Below the pieces are notes generated by a model. That model was not told the DNA's origin. It made no database searches and worked only from the letters and a program-made list of their open reading frames with translations. DNA of 64,000 nt from Spirochaetota bacterium. Its GTDB lineage: Bacteria; Spirochaetota; UBA4802; JAFGDQ01. The stretch covers positions 352,001-416,000 of the forward strand of contig JAZDKB010000019.1 of the NCBI GenBank assembly GCA_043803405.1. The letters are read 5' to 3'. Made by a program: the position numbers and the translations under genes. Of this stretch, positions 1 to 9,927 are shown in pieces; within the stretch, counting starts at the first letter, position 1, and each line of letters begins with the position of its first letter.

Positions 1-87
1 CGGGCTGATCAGTAAAATAAATGTCAGGATAATTGAGAGAAAGGCGATTTTGTTAAATATTGCGGCAGGGGCGTTTGCGTTAAACAT
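1..87 (-). CDS. 5' end of a gene running off the window; N-terminal signal/TM segment
   Basis: GAGG RBS, ATG at 87, frame open to position 1: MFNANAPAAIFNKIAFLSIILTFILLISP; directly follows the lolA-like stop. Confidence 0.55.
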   Translation of the reverse strand, partial: MFNANAPAAIFNKIAFLSIILTFILLISP

Positions 88-94
88 ATTGTCC

Positions 95-928
95 TCATTG
101 TTGCAGGTATTTTTTCTTAGCATCAGCAGGGAACGCGGCTTTAAATAATTTCTCATCAACGGAATAGTTAAGGCGTATGCCGGAATATATCGTAATATTT
201 CTCGTAATTCCTTTATCTGTTCTGGCGTAAATATCTATTCTCGAAGGGAAGTTTATATTTTTTATTTTTTTATAATCTTCATATATTTCTTTCATGATTT
301 CAACACCGGCGCTGTCAGTAATGATCTTTGAAAGTAGAGCTTTGTTCTTCGCGTCAATCATGATATTAAAGCTAAGTTTGTTTTTAACATCATCGACAAT
401 ATATTGATGCGCTGAATTGAAAAAGCCGTAAAAATGCTTTCCCATGTAATTTATTTTAAATTGGTTGCCGGATTCATTTTGCTTAAATTCCTGAAGCGGA
501 TTGATTTTCGGTTTGTTCGGGACCGCATTGTTCCCGATAATATACAGGACATTATCATCATGGAAATACCAGTAAAGTGAAGCGCCGTTGTTTAAAACTA
601 TTTGCTTTGAAGGCGCAGTGTAATCTATCCTGAAACGCCCCCTGTCGTCTGCTATGTATCTTCCTTTGAAAACTTCCCTGCCGTGTTCCGGCGTGTTTAC
701 ATGCTGAACTATTTCAGCGTCTATTGATCTGATTCCTGTATTCGCTTCAATAATTTCGCTAAAGGGCAGGGGAGATGTTTCTTCCGCGGATGAAGCGGCA
801 TTAAATATTATTATAAAAAATACGGTTAAAATAATATTTATTAAGGATTGATTCCGGGGTTTATGATGGGTAGTTGTCCCCGGATATGTGCCGCTCATGT
901 GTAGTTTAAGATTACCCGGATTCTTCAT
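95..928 (-). CDS. LolA-family outer-membrane lipoprotein carrier-like protein
   Basis: Signal peptide followed by LolA-like beta fold motif GRFRIDYTAPSKQIVLNNGASLYWY and C-terminal LFKAAFPADA; true start may lie downstream. Confidence 0.7.
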   Translation of the reverse strand: MKNPGNLKLHMSGTYPGTTTHHKPRNQSLINIILTVFFIIIFNAASSAEETSPLPFSEIIEANTGIRSIDAEIVQHVNTPEHGREVFKGRYIADDRGRFRIDYTAPSKQIVLNNGASLYWYFHDDNVLYIIGNNAVPNKPKINPLQEFKQNESGNQFKINYMGKHFYGFFNSAHQYIVDDVKNKLSFNIMIDAKNKALLSKIITDSAGVEIMKEIYEDYKKIKNINFPSRIDIYARTDKGITRNITIYSGIRLNYSVDEKLFKAAFPADAKKKYLQQ

Positions 929-934
929 TACAAA

Positions 935-1534
935 TTAAAGCTGTGTCATTAAATACATAATGCGGCTGGCCCTTTCCCTGGGCATAAGCGAAATAAGATA
1001 TGAAGAGATGCTCGTTTTGCCTGCATTTGCCGCGTCCGCGTCGATCTGGCGCAGAACGTCGATCACCAGCGTGTCTTCCCAGTTCACAATGATCTGTATG
1101 GCTTCTTCCGGCCTCATGCTGTAGATCTTCTGGGCAAGATCCGTGACATTTTTTTTGTAGCCGGAATACATATGTTTTTCTTTTTCAATCTTTTCTTTCT
1201 CTAATCCAAGCCCTTTTCTTATTTCCTGAAGTTTCTCTTTTTCCTTTTCCAGTTCCTTTTCGGTCTGTTCAATGCCTGCCTCGCGCTTGTCCAGCTCCTC
1301 GATCCTTTCTTTAAGCTTTTCGTTCTGCTTTTCGAACTCCTCGCGCTCAATCAGCGAAGGCTCATCATCGGCAGCGTCCACAACGGATGCGACATCGCTT
1401 TTTGTGTATGATCTGACTACTTTGTTTATATTCAGAATACCGATGTAATCAAGCCAGAAAACACCTACAACCACGATAAATATTATCAGGATGATTAAGA
1501 AAAATACCTTTGCTCTTTCACTCGATAGTTTCAT
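935..1534 (-). CDS. flbB: Periplasmic-flagellum collar protein FlbB
   Basis: N-terminal TM (FWLDYIG), coiled coil, C-terminal MRPEEAIQII...VIDVLR...YLISLMP..RASRI typical of spirochaete FlbB; downstream of fliJ. Confidence 0.8.
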   Translation of the reverse strand: MKLSSERAKVFFLIILIIFIVVVGVFWLDYIGILNINKVVRSYTKSDVASVVDAADDEPSLIEREEFEKQNEKLKERIEELDKREAGIEQTEKELEKEKEKLQEIRKGLGLEKEKIEKEKHMYSGYKKNVTDLAQKIYSMRPEEAIQIIVNWEDTLVIDVLRQIDADAANAGKTSISSYLISLMPRERASRIMYLMTQL

Positions 1535-1598
1535 ATTTCACTTCCAGACTGCAATAATATAATTAAAAGTTTATCCTTAAAGGCAAACCCATAGCATT

Positions 1599-2171
1599 TC
1601 ACTTTATATTCTGAATATATGCATCCATCACTTTTTTAATATAGTCATGCGTTTCCTTTATCGGAGGAATACCGCTATTCCTGTCAACAGCCTTTTCGCC
1701 TGCGTTATAAGCAGCCAGGGCTTTTTTAAAGTCCCATTCATATTTATCCATCAGCTTTTTTAAAATGCCGACACCGGCCTGGATATTATCTTCGGCATTA
1801 AAAGGATTTGCCACCCCCATCTCGGCCAAAGCGCCGGGCATAAGCTGCATAAGCCCGGCCGCGCCCTTTCGCGAAACGGCATTGGGGTTGTAATCCGACT
1901 CTGCTTTAATGACAGCATCAACAAGAGCAGGGGGCAGTCCTTTTTTAATTGCGTAATCTTTCGCTATCTCTTTTATTTTAGGCACAGTAATATTTGTTTT
2001 AATTTCATTTTGCGAATCGGCCTTATTGCTGCCGGCAATATGTTCATTAACGGAATTATCAAATTTATTATTTTGTGCATTGCTGATAAACTGGGCAGGC
2101 TTTTTTGTTGCTTTAAAACGCCTTTGAAGTTCATTGATTCTGGTTAAAGCTTTATACATGTCTTCAAGCAT
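1599..2171 (-). CDS. Lytic transglycosylase (SLT domain)
   Basis: Motifs AVIKAESDYNPNAVS, GAAGLMQLMP, ALAAYNAG. Confidence 0.9.
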   Translation of the reverse strand: MLEDMYKALTRINELQRRFKATKKPAQFISNAQNNKFDNSVNEHIAGSNKADSQNEIKTNITVPKIKEIAKDYAIKKGLPPALVDAVIKAESDYNPNAVSRKGAAGLMQLMPGALAEMGVANPFNAEDNIQAGVGILKKLMDKYEWDFKKALAAYNAGEKAVDRNSGIPPIKETHDYIKKVMDAYIQNIK

Positions 2172-2188
2172 GTATTTTCTCCGTTATG

Positions 2189-2653
2189 TTATTGATAAAG
2201 ATCATCTGCCCGATGTTTCTGGAATATCTTCTGATTCATGTCGTCGTTCTCTTTTGCGATTTCCCTGTTAAAATTATATAAGAATTCCCTGAACTTTTTC
2301 TCTTTAAGCTTTTCCACTACTTTTTTCTGTTTCGATGCTTCTATTAATCTTCCCCTGACCTTTTGAATCTCAGGCTCCATCTGCTGTATCTTGTGCTCGG
2401 CAATGTTTATAGCCTTGTTGGCGGTCTCAGTAAATCTTTCGTACATCATTACTTCATTATAGGAAAATGTTTTTGCTTCAAGCATTGTCCTCAGGGCTTT
2501 TTTTCGTTCAGCCATGTTTTTCTGCAATTCAAACTGTTTGTTTCTTTCGATATTCTGGACATGAACAAGTGCTGCAAGTTCGTTTTTAATCTGCTTTTCC
2601 ATTGCTTCGCGTATATCCAGCAGCTTATGCAGTTTAAATTTAAATTTTTTCAT
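2189..2653 (-). CDS. fliJ: Flagellar export protein FliJ
   Basis: MKKFKFKLHKLLDIR N-terminus, coiled coil, KKVVEKLKEK; directly after fliI. Confidence 0.88.
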   Translation of the reverse strand: MKKFKFKLHKLLDIREAMEKQIKNELAALVHVQNIERNKQFELQKNMAERKKALRTMLEAKTFSYNEVMMYERFTETANKAINIAEHKIQQMEPEIQKVRGRLIEASKQKKVVEKLKEKKFREFLYNFNREIAKENDDMNQKIFQKHRADDLYQ

Positions 2654-2707
2654 AGTTACTTAGTAAAATGTTTCATCGATATAAAAAAATTTTGGATGCA
2701 CCATTAA

Positions 2708-4111
2708 TTATCTTTTAGCTGCAGGAAACGGCCGTCTCTGATTAATAAGATCTTTTCTCGGAGGTTTAACCGGTTCCTGTGTAAACATTCCTTTCAATTT
2801 AGAAAGAATATTATCATAGGTATCCTTTTCGTACATATCCTGTTTTAAAAAGGCATTTATTTTGCCTATCATTTCAATTGCTTTATCCACCAGAGGATTG
2901 GAGCCTTTCGCGTACGCGCCAAGATTGATCAGGTCTTCAGCTTCCCTGTACGAAGCTAAAAGCTCCCTGAACTGGCCGGCTGCCTTCTGATGATCTTTTT
3001 CCGTTACATCGCGCATGCACCTGGATATCGAAGCAAGCACGTCAATGGCAGGGTAGTGGCCTTTGTTCGCAAGGTTGCGGTCAAGTACGAGGTGGCCGTC
3101 CAGGATACCTCTAACAGCATCGGCGATCGGCTCGTTCATGTCGTCTGCTTCAACCAGAATAGTATAAAATCCGGTTATGCTGCCGCTTCCTTCTTTTGTG
3201 CCCGAGCGCTCCAGCAGCCTCGGCAGAAGTGAGAATACCGAGGGCGGGAAGCCCCTGGTAGCGGATGGTTCGCCTGCCGCAAGCCCCACCTCCCTCTGCG
3301 CAAGGGCGAACCTGGTTACCGAGTCCATCATCAGGTTGACGTCTTTGCCCTTGTCCCTGAAGTATTCGGCTACTGCATGCCCCAGGAATGCGCCTCTAAT
3401 TCTCAGCATAGGAGGCTGATCCGATGTCGCTACAACAACAACAGAGCGCTTTAAGCCTTCTTCGCCAAGTTCCTTTTCCACGAAGTTCCTTACCTCGCGG
3501 CCGCGTTCTCCTATAAGTACTATTACGTTTATGTCTGCGGATGTGTACCGCGCTATCATTCCCAGTAAAATGGATTTGCCGACTCCGGAACCTGAGAATA
3601 TTCCTATTCTCTGGCCCTTGCCTACGGTATTAAGGCCATCGATGGCCCTGATCCCCACTGAAAGCGGTTTTTCTATAATGCTTCTTACAAGCGGATTCAT
3701 CGATTTTCCCATAACAGGATAAGTTTCTTTAGTAAAAATTTCTCCTTTACTGTCAAGGGGCTTACCGAGTCCGTTTATTACCCTGCCGAGCAGTTCCGGC
3801 CCAACAGGCACCGAAAGAGATGCTCCGGCTGCCGTTACTTCTGCCCCGGCAATAACTCCCTTCATTTCTCCTATGGGCATCAGCACAATTCTGTCCTTAT
3901 TGAAACCCACCACTTCGGCAAATAAAAATTCTCCGTTATCGATCTCAATTTTGCATAATTCGCCGTGTTTAACAACCGGGCCCTTTGATTCTATTGTGAG
4001 GCCTACTACCCTTTCAACCCTGCCCGTAAACTTAATTACTTCAGTCTGGTTTATCAGGTCTTTGTATTTGGAGAGTATGTCAATCTTTTCATGCGGGAGA
4101 ATTTGTATCAT
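2708..4111 (-). CDS. fliI: Flagellar export ATPase FliI
   Basis: Walker A GSGVGKS, GERGRE, DSVTRFA, GHYPAID; ATG at 4111 preferred over TTG at 4150, which lies in a repeat. Confidence 0.95.
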   Translation of the reverse strand: MIQILPHEKIDILSKYKDLINQTEVIKFTGRVERVVGLTIESKGPVVKHGELCKIEIDNGEFLFAEVVGFNKDRIVLMPIGEMKGVIAGAEVTAAGASLSVPVGPELLGRVINGLGKPLDSKGEIFTKETYPVMGKSMNPLVRSIIEKPLSVGIRAIDGLNTVGKGQRIGIFSGSGVGKSILLGMIARYTSADINVIVLIGERGREVRNFVEKELGEEGLKRSVVVVATSDQPPMLRIRGAFLGHAVAEYFRDKGKDVNLMMDSVTRFALAQREVGLAAGEPSATRGFPPSVFSLLPRLLERSGTKEGSGSITGFYTILVEADDMNEPIADAVRGILDGHLVLDRNLANKGHYPAIDVLASISRCMRDVTEKDHQKAAGQFRELLASYREAEDLINLGAYAKGSNPLVDKAIEMIGKINAFLKQDMYEKDTYDNILSKLKGMFTQEPVKPPRKDLINQRRPFPAAKR

Positions 4112-4143
4112 TATATAATCCTGTATAATTAAAAAAATAATTA

Positions 4144-4277
4144 GCCACAAAGGCGCAGAGACACGGAGAATCGTTTCTTAAAATATAGTTCTATTTAAAA
4201 TAGACTTGTTTGAGTAAAATTTTAAATCATTTCATAAATTAATTTAATACATTTCTATGCCTCAGTGTCTCTGTGGC
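4144..4277. repeat. Inverted pair of 'gccacagagacacagag'-type short repeats between fliH and fliI
   Basis: gccacaaaggcgcagagacacggagaa (4144-4170) and inverted ttctatgcctcagtgtctctgtggc (4253-4277) around an AT-rich spacer. Confidence 0.7.
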
Positions 4278-4387
4278 ATGTTTTTATAAAGCCTTAAAGT
4301 AATCGGTCATAAGGCTATTATAAATTTAACTTTATTATGTCGCATCGCGCTTTAAAAAATACCGCTTAATTCGGTAAAAACCGGTTA

Positions 4388-5314
4388 TTAAACGGTTATT
4401 GCGCTGCGGATAGATTCTTCAATTGCGTCAAGCTGTGTCGAAACCCTTGCATCAATAGCGCCTACGTCGGTTTCAATAATACATCCGCCGCGGTCTACTC
4501 TGTTGTCTTCATATATGTTTACTTTCTTTAATGAATCCATCATTTTTATAAGCTCATCTTTATGAGCTGTAGTCATATCAAGGTCGGCAAAGTTAACGCG
4601 GATGTCGATCCTGTCTCTGTCTTTGACTCTTTGTATCGCTTCTTTAATATTGTTTATAACAACTTCGCGTCTTTCAACAATCTCATCTTTAATTACTTTT
4701 CTGGATATCATGAGGATCATGTCAGTCATCAGCTTTTCGGATGATCTTATAATATCGTCCCTGATGTCTACTGCTGTGGAAACAATGGTGCCCAGCCTGT
4801 CAACAAGCCTTAATACCTCGGCCTGGCCCTCTTTATATCCTTCTTCGCGGCCTGCCTCGTATCCTTTTTTATATGCCTGGTGTTCGATTTCCGAGACCTT
4901 TAGCTCGGCTTCCTTAATCATTTTTTCCGCTTCGTATTTGCCGCGCTCTATTTCCTGATCCGTTTCGATCTTGAATTTTTCTCTTTCTACTTTTATCTGC
5001 TCTTTTGCTTCCTGCAGTTGCTTGAACGCGGCTGCTTTTCCGTTCTCGATTATTTGATTTTCCTGCTGTCTTGCCTCATCGATAAGCTTGCGGACTTCTT
5101 CCTCTGTTTCTCTTCTGTAACGCTCAAGTTCCGCTTCCATTTCTTCAATGGACGGGCCCTGGTAAACATCTATTGGGTTGCCGTGTTCATCAACTTCGTA
5201 TTCCTTGTATTCTTCATCGGAAATAACATTTTTTTGATATTTTTCCGGAAGTTCTATCTGCTTAACAGTCTGTACAAATTTTATTTCGTTCGGTTTAAAT
5301 ACTAACTTAGACAA
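4388..5314 (-). CDS. fliH: Flagellar assembly protein FliH
   Basis: AxxxG repeats AYKKGYEAGREEGYKEG, GGCIIETDVGAIDAR; between fliG and fliI. Confidence 0.93.
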   Translation of the reverse strand: MSKLVFKPNEIKFVQTVKQIELPEKYQKNVISDEEYKEYEVDEHGNPIDVYQGPSIEEMEAELERYRRETEEEVRKLIDEARQQENQIIENGKAAAFKQLQEAKEQIKVEREKFKIETDQEIERGKYEAEKMIKEAELKVSEIEHQAYKKGYEAGREEGYKEGQAEVLRLVDRLGTIVSTAVDIRDDIIRSSEKLMTDMILMISRKVIKDEIVERREVVINNIKEAIQRVKDRDRIDIRVNFADLDMTTAHKDELIKMMDSLKKVNIYEDNRVDRGGCIIETDVGAIDARVSTQLDAIEESIRSAITV

Positions 5315-6323
5315 TTAATTCCTCCTCGCCTGCTCTTGCTACAATTATGTCTCCGGCATCTTCAAGTTTTCTGATAATATTGACAATTTTTTGCTGGGAT
5401 TCTTCAACATCCCGGAGCCTGATCGGTCCCATAAAATCCATATCTTCGCGCAGCAGGGAAGCGGCTCTCTTGGACATGTTCCGGTATATTTTCTCCTGAA
5501 CTTCGGCATCGACTCCCTTCAATGCCTTGCCGAGATCCTGGTTGTCGACTTCGCGCAGTACTTTCTGAATGGACCTGTCGTCAAGAAGCACGATGTCTTC
5601 AAAGATAAACATTCTCTTTTTAATTTCTTCCGCAAGTTCAGGGTCTTCCTCTTCCAGCGCTTCTATGATGATTTTTTCGGTTCCGCGGTCAACCTGGTTC
5701 AGTACTTCTACTATTGCGTCTATACCGCCTGCCGATGTATAGTCCTCACTTGCCAGCGTGGATAATTTTCTTTCAAGTACTCTTTCGACTTCACGCAGAA
5801 CGTCCGGAGATGTTCTGTCCATGGTTGCTATTCTTCTGGCTACGTCGGCCTGTATCTGGTGGCTGAGGCCGCCCAGAATTAAAGCTGCTTTATTCGGTTC
5901 AAGATAGGATAATATTAATGCGATTGTCTGAGGATGCTCCCCCTGAATAAAGTTAAGCAAATGGCTCGGATCTGTTCTCCGTATAAAGTCGAAAGGCCTG
6001 ACCTGCAAAGATGATGTTAGCCTGTTGACAATATCAATTGCCTTTTGCGTACCGAGAGCTCTTTCAAGTACTTCGCGTGCATAGTCAATGCCCCCGGAAG
6101 AAATAAAACCCTGCGCCATCATCATTTCCTGGAATTCCATGAGGACTTTATCTTTATCCTCGGCTTCTACTTTGTCCAGTCTTGCGATCTCAAAAGTTAA
6201 CTGCTCTATCTCGTCTTCGCGCAGATGTTTAAATATTTCGGATGAAACATCGGAGCCAAGGGATACGAGAAATACGGCAGCTTTTTGTCTGCCTGTCAGT
6301 TGGGATTTTTTGGATTGAAGCAT
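5307..6323 (-). CDS. fliG: Flagellar motor switch protein FliG
   Basis: LTGRQKAA, GGIDYA, EHPQTIALILSYL, MFIFEDI, NMSKRAA. Confidence 0.97.
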   Translation of the reverse strand: MLQSKKSQLTGRQKAAVFLVSLGSDVSSEIFKHLREDEIEQLTFEIARLDKVEAEDKDKVLMEFQEMMMAQGFISSGGIDYAREVLERALGTQKAIDIVNRLTSSLQVRPFDFIRRTDPSHLLNFIQGEHPQTIALILSYLEPNKAALILGGLSHQIQADVARRIATMDRTSPDVLREVERVLERKLSTLASEDYTSAGGIDAIVEVLNQVDRGTEKIIIEALEEEDPELAEEIKKRMFIFEDIVLLDDRSIQKVLREVDNQDLGKALKGVDAEVQEKIYRNMSKRAASLLREDMDFMGPIRLRDVEESQQKIVNIIRKLEDAGDIIVARAGEEELIV

Positions 6324-6554
6324 CCTTTTACCTCACAACTCAATCCTTACAAGTATTGTTAATAAATGATATAAGGTTGCTGTGCTTTATGTAATTTATA
6401 CGCAATGAGCCGAATTAAAATTTACATTAAACTTCACAATATTTATTATTTCTATATGAAAGCCGCACATCGCATTAATTATAATATATATATGAATAAT
6501 CGGCAGTCAAGTCCGTTTTTATGATGAAGTTTTAACCGGTCTCAAATTACCACA

Positions 6555-8255
6555 TTATTCTTCGGCCAGCCATGTTTTTAACAGCTGAGCCACTTCATCC
6601 GGCCTCTCTTTAGCCAGATTAACCGCGTTTTTCTGAAGTTCAAGCCTTGCTTTTTCTTCAAGCGAAAGTTCAACATCAACGCCTTCTTCTTCTGCGGCTC
6701 TTAAGGCAGCTTCACGCATTCTCTGCTGTTCAAGCGCCAGCCGTTCCTCTTTCATCCTTCTTCTTCTTGCAAGCTCTCTCGATATAAATCTGAATAAAAT
6801 TATGCCAAGCACAAGGGCAAATACCCCGATAAGGGCTGCAAGCAGCGTTTTCCGTATCCTTTCTTTTTTTATAAAATCTTCACGGACTTCCTGCCATTGT
6901 TTTGTCCTGTCAAACATGATATTCTCAACAGCGACCTGGTCTCCGCGCCCTTCATTGAAATTAATGGATTTTTTAACGATATTTTCAGCCTGTTTAAGCT
7001 CATCGCGTGAAAGAGCTGCCTGTACAGGGGGTTTCGTCGGATCAAGATCATATTCTCCGTCGGCGGTTCTCGGCATAGACTGGCTGCCATCTATCGCAAT
7101 TGCAACGGACAGACTTGTAATGTCATAGGGATCGCGCTGAATTTTTTTTAATGTTTTATTAACAGCGTAATTTCGTACGTTTTCCTGTTTGTCGTATTTC
7201 GAAAACTGGTCGTCGCTGGCCTTATAACCAGGAGGTGTATTGCTTTCCGTGCCGGCCGGGCCCTGTGGATTCCAGCCGTGTCCCTGGAAATTTTCCGATG
7301 TAGCTTTCTCCGAAATAACAAAGGAATCCTTAACCTTTCTTGTGGAATACGGCTTTGTCGGGTCGTTGGGTTCCATTTCAATCGGAGTATATTCTTCCTT
7401 ATCTTCCGAAACGACATCCCAGTTGAATGCCATGTTTAATCTTACAATCTGGATCCTGTCCGGAGTATAAATCCTTTCAAGCCCTGCTCTTATATCCTTT
7501 AAAAGCTGAACTCTCGCTTTCTCTTCGATTTTTCTTCTGCTTTCAACAAGAGAAAACTCGGCTTTTGCTTTATCAATGTCGTCATCAAATTCTGAAATAA
7601 TGTTTCCGAGTTCGTCCGTTACAGTAACATTTTCAGGTTTCAGTTTGCCTCCCACAGCTCTTGAAACCAGATACATAATACCTTTAATTTCTTTTTTGCT
7701 TAACTTATCGTATCCCGGGGCAAGATGGACGGTTACAGCGGCAGTATAAGGATTGTCTTTTTCGGTAAATAACTCGTCCTGGGTGATTGCGATCTCAACA
7801 TCTGCTTTATCGATATTTTTTAAGGATTCGATATGTTTTTTAATCTCGTCGCGGAGAGCCCTCATGTACTTTACGTCGATTTCCCTGTTCGTTTCAGTCC
7901 AGTTCGACAGATCGAATAGCTTCCAGCCGGGGATGCCTTTAGGAATCATGTTTTCCTGGGCAAGCCGTGTGAGCATTTGTTCCCTTTGATCGGGATGTAC
8001 AAAGATTGAGGTAGTTCCTGTTGTTTTATACCGGAATCCCAGTTCCTCCAGCTTTTTGGTTACCTGCCCGAAATCTTCTGATGGAAGTTCGGAAAAAAGA
8101 ACCACGTCGGCCTTTGTACCCGAGACTGAAAAAAGCACAATAAATGAGATACAAACAACAGCTAAAACAACTATTGAAATAATCTTTTTTGTTTTATCCA
8201 GCTTTAAAAAGATATCTTTTAGCTGATTGAACAGTTTCTTAATGAATTCTCCCAT
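6555..8255 (-). CDS. fliF: Flagellar MS-ring protein FliF
   Basis: Two TM segments, AAVTV, RGDQVAVENI, C-terminal VAQLLKTWLAEE. Confidence 0.95.
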   Translation of the reverse strand: MGEFIKKLFNQLKDIFLKLDKTKKIISIVVLAVVCISFIVLFSVSGTKADVVLFSELPSEDFGQVTKKLEELGFRYKTTGTTSIFVHPDQREQMLTRLAQENMIPKGIPGWKLFDLSNWTETNREIDVKYMRALRDEIKKHIESLKNIDKADVEIAITQDELFTEKDNPYTAAVTVHLAPGYDKLSKKEIKGIMYLVSRAVGGKLKPENVTVTDELGNIISEFDDDIDKAKAEFSLVESRRKIEEKARVQLLKDIRAGLERIYTPDRIQIVRLNMAFNWDVVSEDKEEYTPIEMEPNDPTKPYSTRKVKDSFVISEKATSENFQGHGWNPQGPAGTESNTPPGYKASDDQFSKYDKQENVRNYAVNKTLKKIQRDPYDITSLSVAIAIDGSQSMPRTADGEYDLDPTKPPVQAALSRDELKQAENIVKKSINFNEGRGDQVAVENIMFDRTKQWQEVREDFIKKERIRKTLLAALIGVFALVLGIILFRFISRELARRRRMKEERLALEQQRMREAALRAAEEEGVDVELSLEEKARLELQKNAVNLAKERPDEVAQLLKTWLAEE

Positions 8256-8406
8256 GAATTATCCCTCCCAATTCATGATATGCGACATAACACATAATTC
8301 ACACAATAAAAAAAATTTGTAAAGTAAAATTTTAGTTATATACAAAAAAAGCATTTTTGCACATTTTACCTGGGACATAAAATACTTAACGAAGATCATC
8401 CTGCTT

Positions 8407-8745
8407 TTACCTTAAATTCATTAATTCTCTGTACGATCTTATCGCTTCGTCTCTTACGGCTTTAGTGAAGTTTAAAGCGATTTCAGCCTTCTGAGCGGCT
8501 ATCATTACCGTGTGAATATCCACCGATTCCGGCTCGTGAATCATCTTCTGGTTCAGTTCATCCGAGTCACCGAGCAGATTATTTACTTTCCCTACAGCTT
8601 TCATTAATGCATCTGCGAAGGAGCCGGTTACATCATCAGCTGCACGCTCAAACTTTTGTTCTTCTTTTATTCCTGTATAATGAAGCGGATGGCTGGTTTT
8701 CATGTTAACAATAGTGCCTAAAGTTTTATCTGCGATTGTGTTCAT
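8407..8745 (-). CDS. fliE: Flagellar hook-basal body protein FliE
   Basis: DIHTVMIAAQKAEIAL...VRDEAIRSYRELMNLR. Confidence 0.93.
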   Translation of the reverse strand: MNTIADKTLGTIVNMKTSHPLHYTGIKEEQKFERAADDVTGSFADALMKAVGKVNNLLGDSDELNQKMIHEPESVDIHTVMIAAQKAEIALNFTKAVRDEAIRSYRELMNLR

Positions 8746-8755
8746 TGTAATTCTC

Positions 8756-8899
8756 CTAAGCTGTTTTTAAATTTTGCAATACTGCGGGTTTTTGATACTG
8801 TCCTTCGCGCGGTTCCAGCCTTTCTTTTCTTATATTTATTCTGCCTGAAAGATCGTGGGAAAGGTTGATTTCTTTTTCGCCTATTATTTCTTTGTTCAT
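8756..8899 (-). CDS. Small hypothetical protein (47 aa) between flgC and fliE
   Basis: AGGAG RBS 7 nt before ATG; MNKEIIGEKEINLSHDLSGRINIRKERLEPREGQYQKPAVLQNLKTA; its TAG overlaps the fliE RBS (TAGGAG); below the ORF-track cutoff. Confidence 0.5.
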   Translation of the reverse strand: MNKEIIGEKEINLSHDLSGRINIRKERLEPREGQYQKPAVLQNLKTA

Positions 8900-8936
8900 T
8901 TGTTTTCTCCTTAACTATGTATTGTCTTAAGATTTA

Positions 8937-8960
8937 CCACAGAGATGCAGAGGTACAGAG
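8937..8960 (+). repeat. Solo 'ccacagag..cagag..acagag' repeat copy
   Basis: ccacagagatgcagaggtacagag resembles the copies at 4144, 4253 and 61494. Confidence 0.55.
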
Positions 8961-9025
8961 TTTTAAAAGATAAAAAAATTGAAATTTTTCATATTCAATA
9001 TATTTTTAATATATACTGTTTGTTT

Positions 9026-9484
9026 TTATGCTCTGCCCAGTTCAAGCGCCTTGCCGAACATCGCTTTTGTGTTATTTATCATCATTACATTTGCTTCATA
9101 AGACCTTGAGGCAGATATTAAATCCACCATTTCGGTAACAACATCCACGTTCGGCATTTCAACATAGCCTTTTTTGTCCCCGATTTTAACGGCATCGGGA
9201 TGGGTCGGATCGTAAACAAGCCTGAAAGGCTTTTGGTCGTCTTCTATCTTTACGATTCGAACTCCCTGTCCGGTCCCGTGCTCAATTCTGCCGGGGACAA
9301 GAGGGGACTTGTAAAACGGTCTTACGTTTACAGGCGCAAATACAGCGCGCTTTCTTCTGTATGCTCCGCCTTCGGGTGTGCGGGTTGTTGTGGCGTTAGT
9401 GATGTTATTGCTTATCAGATCCATCCGGAGCCTCTGGGCTGTAAGCCCGGTTGATGCAACGTTCAGTTCAGTGAACATTCCCAT
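9026..9484 (-). CDS. flgC: Flagellar basal-body rod protein FlgC
   Basis: ASTGLTAQRLRMDLISNNITNA, YDPTHPDA, MPNVDVVTEMVDLISASRSYEAN. Confidence 0.97.
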   Translation of the reverse strand: MGMFTELNVASTGLTAQRLRMDLISNNITNATTTRTPEGGAYRRKRAVFAPVNVRPFYKSPLVPGRIEHGTGQGVRIVKIEDDQKPFRLVYDPTHPDAVKIGDKKGYVEMPNVDVVTEMVDLISASRSYEANVMMINNTKAMFGKALELGRA

Positions 9485-9495
9485 AATTTATCTCC

Positions 9496-9927
9496 TTATG
9501 GAGTCGGCCTCATGGCGTTCTTTAGATTTCTGTAATTATTGTTAAGAAGAGTAATATATGCGTTATATCTCATCTGGTTTTTCGCGGAATCGACAATTTC
9601 TTTTTCAATATCAACGTTATTTCCGTCATTTCTCATTGTTGTGTTATAATCAAGATTTATCCTGGGCTGTACGCTTTCAATTTCTCTGGGTGTATAGAAC
9701 GGAATATGTCTTTTTTCAGTTAACTTTGCCGGCAGTTTGTTATCCGGGTCCTGCGCTTCCATTATTGCTCTCCTTAGCTCGCTTTCGAAATTAACTTCGC
9801 TTCTTTTAAAGTGCGGTACGTCCACATTTGCGACGTTATTGGCTATCACTTTTCTGCGGATAGACTCTACATCCAGGGCTTTTTCCAGTAGAGTATTGAC
9901 CTGCATTGATTTGCTTGTATCGAACAT
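9496..9927 (-). CDS. flgB: Flagellar basal-body rod protein FlgB
   Basis: IANNVANVDVPHFKR, RNDGNNVDIEKE; ATG at 9927 has an AAGGA RBS. Confidence 0.95.
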   Translation of the reverse strand: MFDTSKSMQVNTLLEKALDVESIRRKVIANNVANVDVPHFKRSEVNFESELRRAIMEAQDPDNKLPAKLTEKRHIPFYTPREIESVQPRINLDYNTTMRNDGNNVDIEKEIVDSAKNQMRYNAYITLLNNNYRNLKNAMRPTP

